A DNA stretch of 64,000 nt, taken from NCBI GenBank assembly GCA_035285125.1, contig JAYKHR010000165.1:70341-134340 (forward strand), written 5' to 3'. The position numbers were made by a program, and so were the translations under genes. Of the stretch, positions 28,606 through 39,046 are shown piece by piece. Every line of letters begins with the position of its first letter. The stretch's first letter is position 1. The notes under the pieces are model-generated. The model searched no databases. It was not told the DNA's origin and saw only the letters and a program-made list of their open reading frames with translations. The DNA is from Candidatus Sericytochromatia bacterium (GTDB taxonomy: Bacteria; Cyanobacteriota; Sericytochromatia; S15B-MN24; JAQBPE01).

Positions 28606-29991
28606 TCACTTGGTGGGGTAGTACACGTTGTTCAACGAGTTGGGCTGGTTGAAGATCCGGCCGGGGGCGAACTTCTGGATGCGCTTGTTGCCGGTGTCGG
28701 AGACGTAGAGGTAGCCGTCCTTGTCGATCGCGATGCCGTAGGGCCGGTCGAACTGGCCGTTGCCGCGGCCCGCCGAGCCGAACTCGGAGACGAAGCGGCC
28801 GTCCCGGTCGAACCGCTGGACCCGGTTGTTGCCCGAATCCACCACGTAAACGTCGCCGTTGCGGTTGTCGATGGCAAGGTCCGTGGCGCCGCGGAACTGG
28901 CTGGGCCCAGCCCCGGCGTTGGCGCCGAACTGCAGCACGGGGTTGCTGCTGCGGGCGTCGTACTTCTTCACCGCGGCCCCGGGGCCGCCGGAGTTGTCAA
29001 GGACGTAGATGAAGTTGGCGTTGTCGACAGCCATGCCGCGGAGCCCACCGTTGACGGACGCGTTGCCGGCGGTGCCCGCGAAGTCACGCGACGAGGCCGC
29101 GAGGTTCACGTCGAACAGCGCGATCTTGCTCGTGCCCGAGGAACTCACGGCCACCTGGCCCGAGTTGAGGACAGCCACGTCGAAGTTGTTCCGGATGCCC
29201 GAGCTGAACTTGGTGATGTAGTCACCCTCGGCACTGAACTTCACGACGCGGTCGCGGTTCGTCTCGGAGACGAACACGTTGCCGCCAGCGTCGACATCCA
29301 GGCCGTAGGACCACGAGAGGTGGTTGAACAGGTCGAAGGCCCGCCCGGACTGGTTGCCGGAGCTGATGCTGAACTTCTCGCCGCCAAACCGCTTCACGAA
29401 GCCGCCCGTCAGGTTGTACTTCTTGACCTCGCAACGCCGGTCGAGCAGCGTGCCGTAGCCGATGCGGTCCAGGGCGTAGATGGCGCCCCGGTTGTTGTCG
29501 AGGGCCAGCCCGTACGGCTCGATCAGCCCGCCGATGGACGTGAGGAAGGCGTTCGAGGCGGCCGCGATGGCGGGGCTCAGGAAGATCTGAGGCAGGGACA
29601 CGGTGGTGTTGGGCATCACGTCGGCGATGACCGAGCCCTGGGTCGCCAGGAAGACGTAGTCGGGCCGGTTCACCACCACGATCTGCTTGCCCTGCGGCAC
29701 CTGCTGCAGCACGAAGTTGCCCGACGAGTCGGTGCGAGCCGTGACGGGCGGCTGGACGTTCTGCACCTCGACGAACACATCGGGGATGCCCATCTTGGTG
29801 CGCTCGTCGATCACGCGCCCCGTCACCGTGCCGGTAGCCAGCCTGCTGAAGGGGCCGTTGACGGGCGAGAGCAGGCCATCACCGCCGTAGGCAGGCAGCG
29901 CAGGCACGTCCTGGTAACGGCCGCACCCGGTCAGCAGCCCGGCCAGGAGGACCAGGCTCGCACAACGGCGGATGGTGGACGTCTGGGGCAT
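28606..29991 (-). CDS. Lipoprotein with carboxypeptidase-regulatory-like domain and NHL beta-propeller
   Basis: MPQTSTIRRCASLVLLAGLLTGC; GTVTGRVID..ARTDSSGNF; NHL repeats GQFDRPYGIAID, YVSDTGNKRIQKF. Confidence 0.88.
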   Translation of the reverse strand: MPQTSTIRRCASLVLLAGLLTGCGRYQDVPALPAYGGDGLLSPVNGPFSRLATGTVTGRVIDERTKMGIPDVFVEVQNVQPPVTARTDSSGNFVLQQVPQGKQIVVVNRPDYVFLATQGSVIADVMPNTTVSLPQIFLSPAIAAASNAFLTSIGGLIEPYGLALDNNRGAIYALDRIGYGTLLDRRCEVKKYNLTGGFVKRFGGEKFSISSGNQSGRAFDLFNHLSWSYGLDVDAGGNVFVSETNRDRVVKFSAEGDYITKFSSGIRNNFDVAVLNSGQVAVSSSGTSKIALFDVNLAASSRDFAGTAGNASVNGGLRGMAVDNANFIYVLDNSGGPGAAVKKYDARSSNPVLQFGANAGAGPSQFRGATDLAIDNRNGDVYVVDSGNNRVQRFDRDGRFVSEFGSAGRGNGQFDRPYGIAIDKDGYLYVSDTGNKRIQKFAPGRIFNQPNSLNNVYYPTK

Positions 29992-30020
29992 CGCGGTCAC
30001 CCTCTCTGCTCGGAGAATCA

Positions 30021-30092
30021 TTAACGCGCTGTTAAAAGCTACGTGGGTTTTATCGGGGAAGCCCGACCGGCACTTGCTTATAACCAGGTTAA
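30021..30092. promoter_or_regulatory. Two boxes, TTAA-N7-TTAA (30021-30035) and TTAT-N7-TTAA (30078-30092)
   Basis: ttaa cgcgctg ttaa; ttat aaccagg ttaa; CCCGATAA on minus strand between them. Confidence 0.55.
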
Positions 30093-30176
30093 AGTATAAC
30101 GAAAATCGCGTGAAGCCGACCAGCTGGATTCGGGCGCGGTGCCGCACGCAGCCTGCGAAACCAGCCTGCAGAAGGC

Positions 30177-30210
30177 ATCGGCCGGTCACCCCGCGGGGCG
30201 ACCGGCCGAT
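30177..30210 (-). terminator. Long hairpin, probable terminator
   Basis: atcggccggtc...gaccggccgat inverted repeat downstream of 30243-30563. Confidence 0.5.
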
Positions 30211-30242
30211 CTGAAACATCCCCTGAAACGGCGGGAGCAGCC

Positions 30243-30563
30243 TCAGCGCTCGTACCAGCCCTCGGGGCTGGGCCCCATCGGGGGCAGGTACAGGCCGGGC
30301 TGAGGCCGCCGGGCAAAGAGCGACTTGCGGCTCACGGTCTCGAACAGCCTCCGGGCCACGGCATCGCTCATGGCGTCGTGGTGAGCCGCAATGTCCGCCT
30401 GGTGCGCGGCCAGTCCCGGCACGAACTCGATCTGCATCCGGTGGCCGGGCTGGAACGAGGCGACGAAGAGCACGAAGCCCGCCCGCGACCCTTCCCGGAA
30501 GGCGAGCGTGCCGCAGTGGCCATGTTCCGTGCTGCGTTCAACCGTGATCGCGCCGATTTCCAT
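30243..30563 (-). CDS. Hypothetical protein (~106 aa)
   Basis: ORF with protein-like composition filling the gap; purine-rich upstream region. Confidence 0.55.
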   Translation of the reverse strand: MEIGAITVERSTEHGHCGTLAFREGSRAGFVLFVASFQPGHRMQIEFVPGLAAHQADIAAHHDAMSDAVARRLFETVSRKSLFARRPQPGLYLPPMGPSPEGWYER

Positions 30564-30706
30564 TGGTTGGCCTGGCCCTTTCCGCGACCCGGACCGGGGG
30601 CGTGGCCGCATCGGCCACCCTGCCCCGCCAAAATATAGTCGCTGCGCGCAGCATAGGCGGTTCGAGCGGCCACGTCAGCGAGTTATGTCACAACTGAGCC
30701 CCAGCT

Positions 30707-31204
30707 TCAGCCAGGACGGCGCGAGCCCCGAGCAAAGCCTTTGATGAGCGGCACGTAAGCCTTCATGAGCAGCGTCTGCGTGAAGTACCGCTGGTTGGCC
30801 GGGTACTTGGCGGCCGCCGCGTGCGAGAGCATCGCAATGCCTGGCTGCATGCCGATGAAGATGCCCGTGGCCACGCCCAACAGGCACCCGGCAGCCTTGT
30901 CGATGCCGCCGAGGCCGATGTTCTCGAAGAGGCCGGTCAGGAGAAACCCGATGCCCTGCAGGCCAGCAAAGAATATCCCGTACGCGACCAGCTGGTTCAC
31001 CACCATGTAGTTGGGGGAGCTCGGCGGGAGCAGGTAATGGATGCCGACGGCGGCGATCGTCGGCATCGCCACCGCGAGCACGTAGGCCCCGAACGCCGCG
31101 ACGGCGGTGACGGCGCTTCGGATGAAGCCCGTGACGTAGCCCTTGCCCGTGAGCCCGAGCAGGAAGGCGAGCAGGATGATGTCGACGAAGTAAGGCTTGA
31201 GCAC
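30707..31204 (-). CDS. CvpA (colicin V production) family membrane protein
   Basis: VDIILL..GY..GFIRS, LGGIDKAAGCLLG; GGAGG RBS before GTG. Confidence 0.78.
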   Translation of the reverse strand: MLKPYFVDIILLAFLLGLTGKGYVTGFIRSAVTAVAAFGAYVLAVAMPTIAAVGIHYLLPPSSPNYMVVNQLVAYGIFFAGLQGIGFLLTGLFENIGLGGIDKAAGCLLGVATGIFIGMQPGIAMLSHAAAAKYPANQRYFTQTLLMKAYVPLIKGFARGSRRPG

Positions 31205-31299
31205 GGGCAGACCTCCGGGGCGGGCCCGCCAGGATACCAAGCCGGCGGCATCTGATCCAGCGAGCGGCCGGGGCCGGCATTTGGTATCTTGGTGGGCCG

Positions 31300-32109
31300 A
31301 TGCGCAAGACTCAAGACCTTCTCGACACCGCCCGGGACACACTCGCGAGCCACCCGATCCTCTGGCCGCCCGCCCTGACCGTCATCCTGTTGCAGGACGC
31401 GATGTTTCCGATGGCCGCGCAGGGAGGGTCCCCCGCGCAGGCCCTGGCGGGCTTCTGCGCCTTGCTCGGGGCGGTGCTCGTGGGTGCGGGCTGGCTCGCC
31501 ATGATAGGCCGGGCCCTTCGGGGCGGCGGACCGACCTTCCGGGACTTCGCGGACGGGGTGAACGCCCGGTGGGGCTCGATCCTGCTCGGCACCCTCTGCT
31601 TCTGGGCCGTCATCGCGGGCCTGGCGGGGCTCGCCTATGCCCAGGGCACGCGCACCTACGGGCTGGAAGCCCTGACGACCTGGTTCACGGCGCTGGTGAA
31701 GCTCGGCCCGGAGGCCCAACAGGCCGCCCTCGACCCCGCCCGCATCCCAGCGGCCGTGGTGGGCTGGGTGTACCTCGCCACCGCCTGGCTCGTGGCGGCC
31801 ACGGCCCTGCACGGCCTGCTGCTGTTCTGGCAGCCGCTCGTCGTCCTGCAGGGCCTTGGCTGGCTCAAGGCCTGGGCAGGCAGCATCGGCCTGGTCTTCC
31901 GCCGGTTCGGCCAGGTGGTGGCCGTGGGCCTGCTGTTCGGGGTTTCCATGGTGGGCGCCAGGTTCCTCATCGCGACGATGCACCCGCTGCTGGCGATGGT
32001 CGGGGTGGCCTGCCACATCGTCACGGTGACCTACTTCACGGTGGTCTTCGCGGCCGTGGTGGAGGACGAGTGGCCGGCCCACGCCCCGACCACGGACACA
32101 CACGCCTGA
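31300..32109 (+). CDS. Multi-pass membrane protein of unknown function
   Basis: About 6 hydrophobic segments; TGG-TATCTT 9 nt upstream of ATG. Confidence 0.7.
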   Translation: MRKTQDLLDTARDTLASHPILWPPALTVILLQDAMFPMAAQGGSPAQALAGFCALLGAVLVGAGWLAMIGRALRGGGPTFRDFADGVNARWGSILLGTLCFWAVIAGLAGLAYAQGTRTYGLEALTTWFTALVKLGPEAQQAALDPARIPAAVVGWVYLATAWLVAATALHGLLLFWQPLVVLQGLGWLKAWAGSIGLVFRRFGQVVAVGLLFGVSMVGARFLIATMHPLLAMVGVACHIVTVTYFTVVFAAVVEDEWPAHAPTTDTHA

Positions 32110-32205
32110 CCCTGGCAGGGCTGCGCCACGTCGCCCGGTGATGGGGTATACAGGGCTGAGGCCAGACCTGACGCGCCCCTTGCCCCCGGCCCCGGGACCC
32201 ATGCC

Positions 32206-32580
32206 GTGACAGCCCCTCTCGACCCGGACAAGTTCCCCGACGTCCGCCCGGACCGGATCAGGTTCTGGGTCCTTCGGGTCATGTGCTGGACCTTCTCCCT
32301 CGTCGCCCTGGCGGCCATCACCTTCGGAGTGGGACACGGGGCGCTGGCCTGGTACGCCACCAAGAACGGCGCAGAGGTGGAGCGGGCCGCCAACGCCCTG
32401 ATCATCGGTGGTGGCGCCATCGCGGGGGGGCTCCTGCTGCTGTTCGCCGTGCAGCTCGCGCGCGTCCAGCTGGCCATCGAGGAGAACACACGGCTGACGG
32501 CGTACCACAGCCGCCCGAGGGGCCGCCCCAACGCCGAGCGCCGGCCAGCGGCCGCGCCGCGCCAACCCCCAGATCTTTAA
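32206..32580 (+). CDS. Small two-TM membrane protein
   Basis: Two TM helices followed by LAIEENTR. Confidence 0.65.
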   Translation: MTAPLDPDKFPDVRPDRIRFWVLRVMCWTFSLVALAAITFGVGHGALAWYATKNGAEVERAANALIIGGGAIAGGLLLLFAVQLARVQLAIEENTRLTAYHSRPRGRPNAERRPAAAPRQPPDL

Positions 32581-32613
32581 AGCCAATTTGAGATGACTTT
32601 ATTGCGCCGTTAA
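32577..32613 (+). promoter_or_regulatory. Four phased 11-bp-period half-sites
   Basis: TTAA 32577, TTGA 32588, TTAT 32599, TTAA 32610; GGATAA at 32635. Confidence 0.55.
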
Positions 32614-32677
32614 CCGGATTTCCGGCGCTGGCCGGGATAAGAGCGGCGTGCCCACCGCTCACCCCGGAGTCCGCCCG

Positions 32678-33877
32678 ATGTACAACCCCGTGCGCCCAGT
32701 CGGAATGCCCCCGGTCGTTGCCCCGGCCCCCTACGCGGCGCCCACGCAGCCCGTCGCCCCAGGGCCCTTTCCGCAGCCCGTGGCAGTCAACGTGGCCCCC
32801 GGCGCGCAGAGCGGCGGCATCCTGCAGGTCCTTTCCGACGTCTGGACCGGCGTCGTGAACTTCTTCAAGCGCCTGTTCGGCAGCGCTGGCACCAACACCC
32901 CGGCCCCCCCCGCCCCGGGTGGCCTGGCCGGCGACGACGCCACGCTCGCCGCCCAGTTCGGCCTGCTGGCCGACCCGGCCAACGTCGCGGCGTTCAAGGC
33001 CACGCTGGCCGGCGTCAAGGCGCAGCCGAACGTGATCGGTCCCGGCTTCGTCGGCCCCGACACCGTGGGGGAGTTGCAACAGGTCCTGACCCAGCTCGGC
33101 CATCCCGTCCCCGTGACGGGGCAGTTCGACGCCAAGACGGCCGAGGCCCTGATGAGCTGGAAGACCTCCGTCGGCCTCACAGAAAACTTCAGGTTCGCCA
33201 ACGGCCGCCCGGGCACGGTCCCGTTCGTCGATGCCCGGACCCGGGCCAAGATGATCGCGGTGCTGTCGGGGAACCCCGCTCACCCGGGCCCCAATGGCAT
33301 GACCACGGCCCCCGTCAGCCCGCCGCCGGTGGCCCCGCTGCCGGCCCCCTTGGCACCGCTCCCCGCGCCAGTGGCCCCGCCGCCGGCTCCCGTGGCCCCG
33401 CTGCCCGCGCCGGCGGCCCCGCCGCCTGCCCCGGTGGCCCCGCTGCCCGCACCCGTCAGCCCCGCGCCGCTGCCCACCCCTGCCCCGGTGACGCCCACCT
33501 CGCCCGCCGCCACGTCGACGCAGCTCACGGCCGACGAAGCCAAGGTGGCCCAAGAAGCCGGCATCAAGGCCACCAAGGACAACGTCGCCAAGTTCCTCGC
33601 CGCCGCGGCCGCGCTCGAACTGGAGCTAGGCATCGTGGGGCCCGGCCTCAACGACACGCGGGACACGATGCTGGAGGTGCAGCAGGTGCTCAACCAGTTC
33701 GGCGCCCGGCTCCAGCTGACGGGCAGCTTCGACGCCGCGACGGTCGAGGCGATGCTGGCCTTCAAGAAGGCCCAGGGGCTCGTGCAGGACTACGTGATGG
33801 CTGACGGCACGCCGGGGGTGCACCCCTACGTCGACGGCCGCACCAAGGCCCACCTCATCAAGTTGCTCGGCGGCTGA
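32678..33877 (+). CDS. Pro-rich protein with two peptidoglycan-binding-like repeat modules
   Basis: GPG...ELQQVL.QLG...TGQFD..T..AL...K...GL modules; PAPVAPL linker; GGAG RBS. Confidence 0.75.
   Translation: MYNPVRPVGMPPVVAPAPYAAPTQPVAPGPFPQPVAVNVAPGAQSGGILQVLSDVWTGVVNFFKRLFGSAGTNTPAPPAPGGLAGDDATLAAQFGLLADPANVAAFKATLAGVKAQPNVIGPGFVGPDTVGELQQVLTQLGHPVPVTGQFDAKTAEALMSWKTSVGLTENFRFANGRPGTVPFVDARTRAKMIAVLSGNPAHPGPNGMTTAPVSPPPVAPLPAPLAPLPAPVAPPPAPVAPLPAPAAPPPAPVAPLPAPVSPAPLPTPAPVTPTSPAATSTQLTADEAKVAQEAGIKATKDNVAKFLAAAAALELELGIVGPGLNDTRDTMLEVQQVLNQFGARLQLTGSFDAATVEAMLAFKKAQGLVQDYVMADGTPGVHPYVDGRTKAHLIKLLGG
33305..33500 (+). repeat. 21-nt coding repeats (PAPVAPL/P)
   Basis: Heptad Pro-rich repeats in translation. 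Confidence 0.7.
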
Positions 33878-33891
33878 GCCGCCCCCAAGCC

Positions 33892-33928
33892 CAGCAAGGC
33901 CCCGGCGATCGGTCGCCGGGGCCTTGCT
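33892..33928 (+). terminator. Hairpin/terminator after PG-binding protein
   Basis: agcaaggccccggcga-tcgg-tcgccggggccttgct perfect inverted repeat. Confidence 0.65.
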
Positions 33929-34007
33929 CGTGCGTTGGCAACGGGGATACCTTCCCGGGTGGCGCGGGGTATGTGACGACTCACGCGACTGCCTGAGGAC
34001 CCACCCC

Positions 34008-35246
34008 ATGCGCCTGCTCCACACCTCCGACTGGCACCTCGGCCACGCCCTGCACGGCGTGGCGCGTGACCAGGAACACGCCGCCTTCCTGGCCTGGCTC
34101 CTCGACACCCTGCAGGAGGAGGCCATCGAAGCCTTGCTGATCACCGGGGACGTCTTCGAGACGCACAACCCCGGGGCTGCGGCTCAGGCTGCCTGGTACG
34201 GCTTCCTCGCCAGCGCCAAGCAGCGCCTGCCCGACCTCCAGATCGTCGTGATCGGCGGCAACCACGACTCTGCCGACCGCCTGGACGCCCCCAAGCCGCT
34301 GCTCACGCGGATGGCGATCCACATCGTGGGGGGGCTACCTCGCACCCCGGACGACGCCCTAGATCTCGATCGGCTCCTGGTGCCGCTGCGGAACCGCGCC
34401 GGCGACACGCAAGCCTGGGTGGCGGCCGTGCCCTTCCTTCGCACGGCGGATCTCCGCATGGCGGGCGACCCGGCCACGGCAGACCTCGCAGCGGGCGTTC
34501 GAGAGGTTTACGCCACCGTGCTGGCGGAGGCTCGCGCGCGGCGTCAAGGGGGACAGGCGCTGATCGCCACCGGCCACTGCTACATGGTGGGCACGGAGCT
34601 CTCAGAGCTCAGCGAGCGGCGCATTCTGGGGGGCAACCAGCACGCGCTGCCAGCCGACATCTTCCCGCCGGACCTCGCCTACGTGGCCCTCGGGCACCTC
34701 CACAAGGCCCAGGTGGTGGGGCGCCCCCACGTGCGCTACGCAGGGTCGCCACTGCCGCTCTCGATGGCGGAGCTCGATTACAGGCACCAGGTCACGGTGG
34801 CGACCCTGGAGGGCGAAGGGCCCGCGACGTTGCGGCACCTGACGGTGCCGCGCCTCGTTCCTTTCGAGCGCGTGCCAGCGCGGGGCTCGGCGACGCTGCC
34901 CGAGGTGGTTCAGCTGCTGCGGCAGCTCCCCGCGAGGGCCACCGTGGCCGCCGAGGAGTTGCGCCCGTACCTGGAGGTGCGCGTGAGGCTCGACGGGCCG
35001 GAGCCAAGGCTGAAGGCCGAGGTGGAGGCGGCCCTCGAGGGCCGTGCCCATCGCCTGCTGACCATCCGGACGGAGCACCCCGCTCAGCCGGAGGAAGCCG
35101 GCACGCTGCCTGCCGGCGTGCAGCTGGCGGAACTGGCCCCCAACGAGGTGTTCAACTCGCTCTATATGTCGCGGTACGACACCGAGCCGCCGCCCGACCT
35201 GGTGCAGGCCTTTCACGCGCTGTTCGACGAGCTGGAGGCGGGCTGA
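34008..35246 (+). CDS. sbcD: Nuclease SbcD (Mre11-like)
   Basis: HTSDWHLG, ITGDVF, GNHDS, YVALGHLH, RYAGSP. Confidence 0.95.
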   Translation: MRLLHTSDWHLGHALHGVARDQEHAAFLAWLLDTLQEEAIEALLITGDVFETHNPGAAAQAAWYGFLASAKQRLPDLQIVVIGGNHDSADRLDAPKPLLTRMAIHIVGGLPRTPDDALDLDRLLVPLRNRAGDTQAWVAAVPFLRTADLRMAGDPATADLAAGVREVYATVLAEARARRQGGQALIATGHCYMVGTELSELSERRILGGNQHALPADIFPPDLAYVALGHLHKAQVVGRPHVRYAGSPLPLSMAELDYRHQVTVATLEGEGPATLRHLTVPRLVPFERVPARGSATLPEVVQLLRQLPARATVAAEELRPYLEVRVRLDGPEPRLKAEVEAALEGRAHRLLTIRTEHPAQPEEAGTLPAGVQLAELAPNEVFNSLYMSRYDTEPPPDLVQAFHALFDELEAG

Positions 35247-35273
35247 GCCCGCCACGAAACGGAGACGAAGCCC

Positions 35274-38200
35274 TTGAAGATCCTGGCTGTCCGCGGAGAG
35301 AACCTCGCGAGCCTTGCCCGCCTCGACCTCGACCTCGCCACGGGCCCGCTGGCGAACGTGGGCCTGTTCGCGATCACCGGTCCCACGGGCGCGGGCAAGA
35401 GCACCTTGCTGGACGCCATCTGCCTGGCGCTGTTCGGGCGCACCCCACGGCTGTCGGACCGCGGAGGCAGCCTCGTGGGGGGGGAGGACGAGGACCATCG
35501 GCTGCTCGCCAACGACACGCGCAACCTCGTGCGCCGGGGTGCCACCCAGGCCTGGGTCGAGGTCGACTTCCTCGACCAGCAAGATCGCCGCTGCATGGCG
35601 CGCTGGTCGGTCCGGAGGGCTCGCAACCGGGCAGATGGCAAGCTCCAAAACCAGGATCGCAGCCTCACGGACCTCGCGACCGGGACCGTGCTCGCCGACC
35701 GCCCAGCGCAGCTGAAGGATCTGGTGCCTGAGCGCCTCGGGCTGACCTTCGAGCAGTTCACCCGCTCGGCGCTGCTCGCCCAGGGCGAGTTTGCCGCCTT
35801 CCTGCGCGCCAAGCCCGACGAGCGGGCAGAACTGCTCGAGAAGGTCACGGGCACGACCATCTACGCGCAGCTGTCGAAGGCGGCGCACCTGCGCGCGGCC
35901 CGCCACGAGCAGGCGATCAGGGCGCAGGAGGCCCGGCTCGGCGGCGTGCGGGTGCTGGAGGCAGAGGCGCGGAGCGCCCTGGAGGCGCGGCTGCCCTCGC
36001 TGCAGCAAGAATGCAGCGAGGCCGCCGCCGCCGTGGAGGTGCTCCGCCGCGAGCAGGACTGGCACAGGCAGCTCGAGGCGCTCGGGGCCGAGGAGCAGGC
36101 GGCGACCGCCCGCCTCGGGGGCGCCATGGCAGCGTGGGAGGCCGCAGCGCCCCGCGTGGCGGCTTTGCAGGAGGTCCGCGAGGCCCAGCCGTTCCGCGGC
36201 CTCGTGGAAGAGGCCACGCGCCTGGCGGCAGAACTCACCGAAACCGACGCCGACCGGCGGCAGGCCGAGGCGCTGGCGGAAGCGTCCCGCAAAGACGCCC
36301 AGCAGGCCGCCATGAAGGCCTCCGAGGCGACCCGGGCCACCGCCGAGGCCAGGGCTGCCCGGGAGGCCTCCCGGCCAGCCCTGGCCCAGGCCAGGGACCT
36401 CGACGGCCGGCTTGCAGAGGCGGCCCGGCAGCTGGACGCAGCCCGCGACGGGCTCGTCGTCCGCCAGGGGGAGTTCGAGGCTGCCCGTCACCAGCTGCGG
36501 CTCGGCGAGCAGGCGTTGCAGCTGGCGCGGACGACGCTGGACGAGGCCCGCCGCCACCGCGAGGCCAACCCCCGAGACGAACAGCTGGCGGCGGGATGGC
36601 CCCTGCTGGCGCCGCAGCTCCAAGAACTGGCGGGTCAAGCGGCCGCGCTCGAGCTCGCCGCCGCCCGCAAGACGAAGGCCGAGGCTGCCGTGGCAACGGC
36701 CGACACGGCCCTGGCAAGCCTCGAAGAGGAGGCCCGGGGTGCCGCCGAGGCGCTTGCAGCAGCCGAAGCCCTGGCGGCCGAGGCCCTGACCGCCACGCTG
36801 GCCCAGGACGAGGAGGCGCTGCAGGCCGCCGCGCGGGAGCTGCTTGACGCCCAGGCCGCCCTGCAGGAGGCAGAGAGCCTGGCAACGGACGCCCAGCGGG
36901 AGCGGGAGGCCAGCAGCCTCGCGGTGGCGGATCGCCTGGCGGCCCTGGCGGAGGACGCCGCCACCGAGGCCACCCTCGTGCGGCTGGCGGGCGAGCGGCC
37001 CGAGGTCCTCGCCCGCCTCGCGGAGGGGCGCGGGGCCCTGAGGGCCGTCGAGGCCGCGCGAGACCTGGCGTCACGACGGGGGGAGCTGGTGGATGGGGAG
37101 CCGTGCCCGCTGTGCGGCTCGGCGAAGCACCCGTGGACCACGCAAGCCCCCGCCGTCGACGGGGCTCTCGAGGCCCTATCGTCGCGGTTGCGAGAGCTCG
37201 AGGGGGTCCTCACCGCGCTCGAACGCGACGAGGCCGGTGCTCAGCAGGCCAGGCTAGGGGCGCAGCAGCGGCTGGCGGCTGCCGAGCGCCTGGCCGCCGC
37301 CAGCGGCGAGCGCCTCAGCGCAGTCGAGGCCCGGTACGCGGCGCTCCGGGCCACGACCTCAGGCACCGCACTGCCTGAGCGGCTCGACGCCGAGGCGCCG
37401 ACGCACCTCCAAAAGGTTCGCACCGCGCTCGAAAGCCGGCAAACCGCCCACGCCGCGCTGGCGCAGCAGGCCCTCATGGCCCGCAAGGGGTTGGAGTCCG
37501 CACGCCAGGCATTGGACGAGGCCCGGGCCAGGGAGGCGGGGGCCGGCAGGCAGCTGGCCCTGGCCCGCACCGCCAGCCAGCAAGCCCTCGCCGAGGCGCA
37601 GCTCGCCTCGGCCGCGGAGGCCGCCGTGCTGGCCGGTCGCCAGGGGGCGATCGAGCGGCTGACCGTCGCCCTCGGGGGTGAGCCGGGCTGGCCTGAGGCG
37701 GTGCTGCGCGACCCGGTGGCCTTCGAGACGGCCTGCGCCGAGCGCGTTCGGGCCTGGGAGGCCCACACCGAGGCCGCGCGCGCGGCCGATGAGGCCAGGC
37801 AAGCCGCAGAGCGGGCGTTGGAGGGGCTGAAGCAGGCCGCCCAGGGAGCGGAAACCAGCCTCCACGAAGCCGAGGCCAGCCTCACGGCGGGCCAATCCCT
37901 GCACGCGGGCCTGACGTCGGAGCGGCAGGCCCTGCTCGGCGGTCGCCCGGCCCAGGCCGTCGAGGATGACCTCGAGGGGGGCGTGAGGGCCGCTGAGGCG
38001 GGCCAGGCGGCAGGCGAGGAGGCGGCCAGGCTGGCCTCCGAGGTACGCGTGGCGCGAGAGACCCGGGCGCGGGAGCTGCAAGAAACCGCGTTGCGCTTGG
38101 CTGAACGGCTCTCCGCGGCGCAGGCGCTCCGCGACACCCGCCTCCAGGCCGCTGGCCTCACCTTGGAGGCAGTCACGGAGCGGCTCGCCAGGCCCGAGGC

Positions 38201-38996
38201 GTGGCTGCTGGCCGAGGCCGCGGCCCTCGACGCCCTGCGAGAAGAGGTCACCAAGACCCGCTCGGCACTGGCGTCATGCGAGGAGCGTACCAGCAGGCAC
38301 CGCGGGTCCGGGGTGCCCTCCCGGGAGGCTGCGGCCACGGCAGAGGCCCTCGGCCAGGCGGAGCAGCTTCACCAGATCGCGGTGGACACGCTCGGCCAGG
38401 CGCGCTACCAGCTCGACGAGGACCTCCGCGCCAGGCAGATGCAGCAAGACGAGCTCGCCGCGCTCGACGGGCTGCGGGCCGCTGCGCTGGTCTGGGAGCG
38501 TCTGAGAGACCTGATCGGGTCAGCCGACGGGAAGAAGTTCAGGACCTACGCCCAGAGCCTGACGCTCGACGCCCTGCTGGAGCTCGCGAACCTCCACCTC
38601 CGGGAGCTGCGGCCGCGCTACAGGCTGGAGCGGGTGCGCGGGGACGAGGCCCTCGAACTGCAGGTGGTCGACCGGGACATGGCCCATGAGGTGCGCAGCA
38701 CCCAGAGCCTGTCCGGGGGGGAGACGTTCCTCGTGTCGCTTGCGCTGGCGCTGGCCCTCTCGTCGTTCGCCTCGAACAAGCGGCTGATCCGCTCGCTCTT
38801 CATCGACGAGGGGTTCGGCAGCCTGGATCCGCAGACCCTAGAGGACGCGATCGCGACGCTGGACGCGTTGCAGGCCACGGGCCGTCAGGTCGGCCTCATC
38901 TCCCACGTGCCAGGGCTCGGAGAGCGACTCGGCATCCAGGTGCGCGTCACGCCCGTCGGGGGCGGGCGCAGCGAGATGTGCATCGTCACCACCTGA
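35274..38996 (+). CDS. sbcC: SMC-like ATPase SbcC (Rad50-like)
   Basis: Walker A GPTGAGKS, Q-loop LAQGEF, zinc hook CPLCGS, LSGGE signature, Walker B FIDEGFG, ISH. Confidence 0.95.
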   Translation: MKILAVRGENLASLARLDLDLATGPLANVGLFAITGPTGAGKSTLLDAICLALFGRTPRLSDRGGSLVGGEDEDHRLLANDTRNLVRRGATQAWVEVDFLDQQDRRCMARWSVRRARNRADGKLQNQDRSLTDLATGTVLADRPAQLKDLVPERLGLTFEQFTRSALLAQGEFAAFLRAKPDERAELLEKVTGTTIYAQLSKAAHLRAARHEQAIRAQEARLGGVRVLEAEARSALEARLPSLQQECSEAAAAVEVLRREQDWHRQLEALGAEEQAATARLGGAMAAWEAAAPRVAALQEVREAQPFRGLVEEATRLAAELTETDADRRQAEALAEASRKDAQQAAMKASEATRATAEARAAREASRPALAQARDLDGRLAEAARQLDAARDGLVVRQGEFEAARHQLRLGEQALQLARTTLDEARRHREANPRDEQLAAGWPLLAPQLQELAGQAAALELAAARKTKAEAAVATADTALASLEEEARGAAEALAAAEALAAEALTATLAQDEEALQAAARELLDAQAALQEAESLATDAQREREASSLAVADRLAALAEDAATEATLVRLAGERPEVLARLAEGRGALRAVEAARDLASRRGELVDGEPCPLCGSAKHPWTTQAPAVDGALEALSSRLRELEGVLTALERDEAGAQQARLGAQQRLAAAERLAAASGERLSAVEARYAALRATTSGTALPERLDAEAPTHLQKVRTALESRQTAHAALAQQALMARKGLESARQALDEARAREAGAGRQLALARTASQQALAEAQLASAAEAAVLAGRQGAIERLTVALGGEPGWPEAVLRDPVAFETACAERVRAWEAHTEAARAADEARQAAERALEGLKQAAQGAETSLHEAEASLTAGQSLHAGLTSERQALLGGRPAQAVEDDLEGGVRAAEAGQAAGEEAARLASEVRVARETRARELQETALRLAERLSAAQALRDTRLQAAGLTLEAVTERLARPEAWLLAEAAALDALREEVTKTRSALASCEERTSRHRGSGVPSREAAATAEALGQAEQLHQIAVDTLGQARYQLDEDLRARQMQQDELAALDGLRAAALVWERLRDLIGSADGKKFRTYAQSLTLDALLELANLHLRELRPRYRLERVRGDEALELQVVDRDMAHEVRSTQSLSGGETFLVSLALALALSSFASNKRLIRSLFIDEGFGSLDPQTLEDAIATLDALQATGRQVGLISHVPGLGERLGIQVRVTPVGGGRSEMCIVTT

Positions 38997-39009
38997 GGTG
39001 CCCGATAAT

Positions 39010-39046
39010 TTAACGCCGGCACCAGCGAACCTTACTGACGCCTTTA
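39010..39046 (+). promoter_or_regulatory. Phased 11-bp-period half-sites
   Basis: TTAA 39010, (acca 39021), TTAC 39032, TTTA 39043; CGATAA at 39069. Confidence 0.45.

Noticed and set aside
27448..30024. 858-aa plus-strand ORF
   Set aside because: Antisense to the nitrilase and NHL lipoprotein genes, which have clear motifs.
34602..36638. 678-aa minus-strand ORF
   Set aside because: Shadow of sbcD/sbcC.
33878..39009. sbcDC as a mobile or defence (Wadjet/Lamassu-type) element
   Set aside because: Canonical SbcD+SbcC motifs, no accessory defence genes, integrase or terminal repeats.
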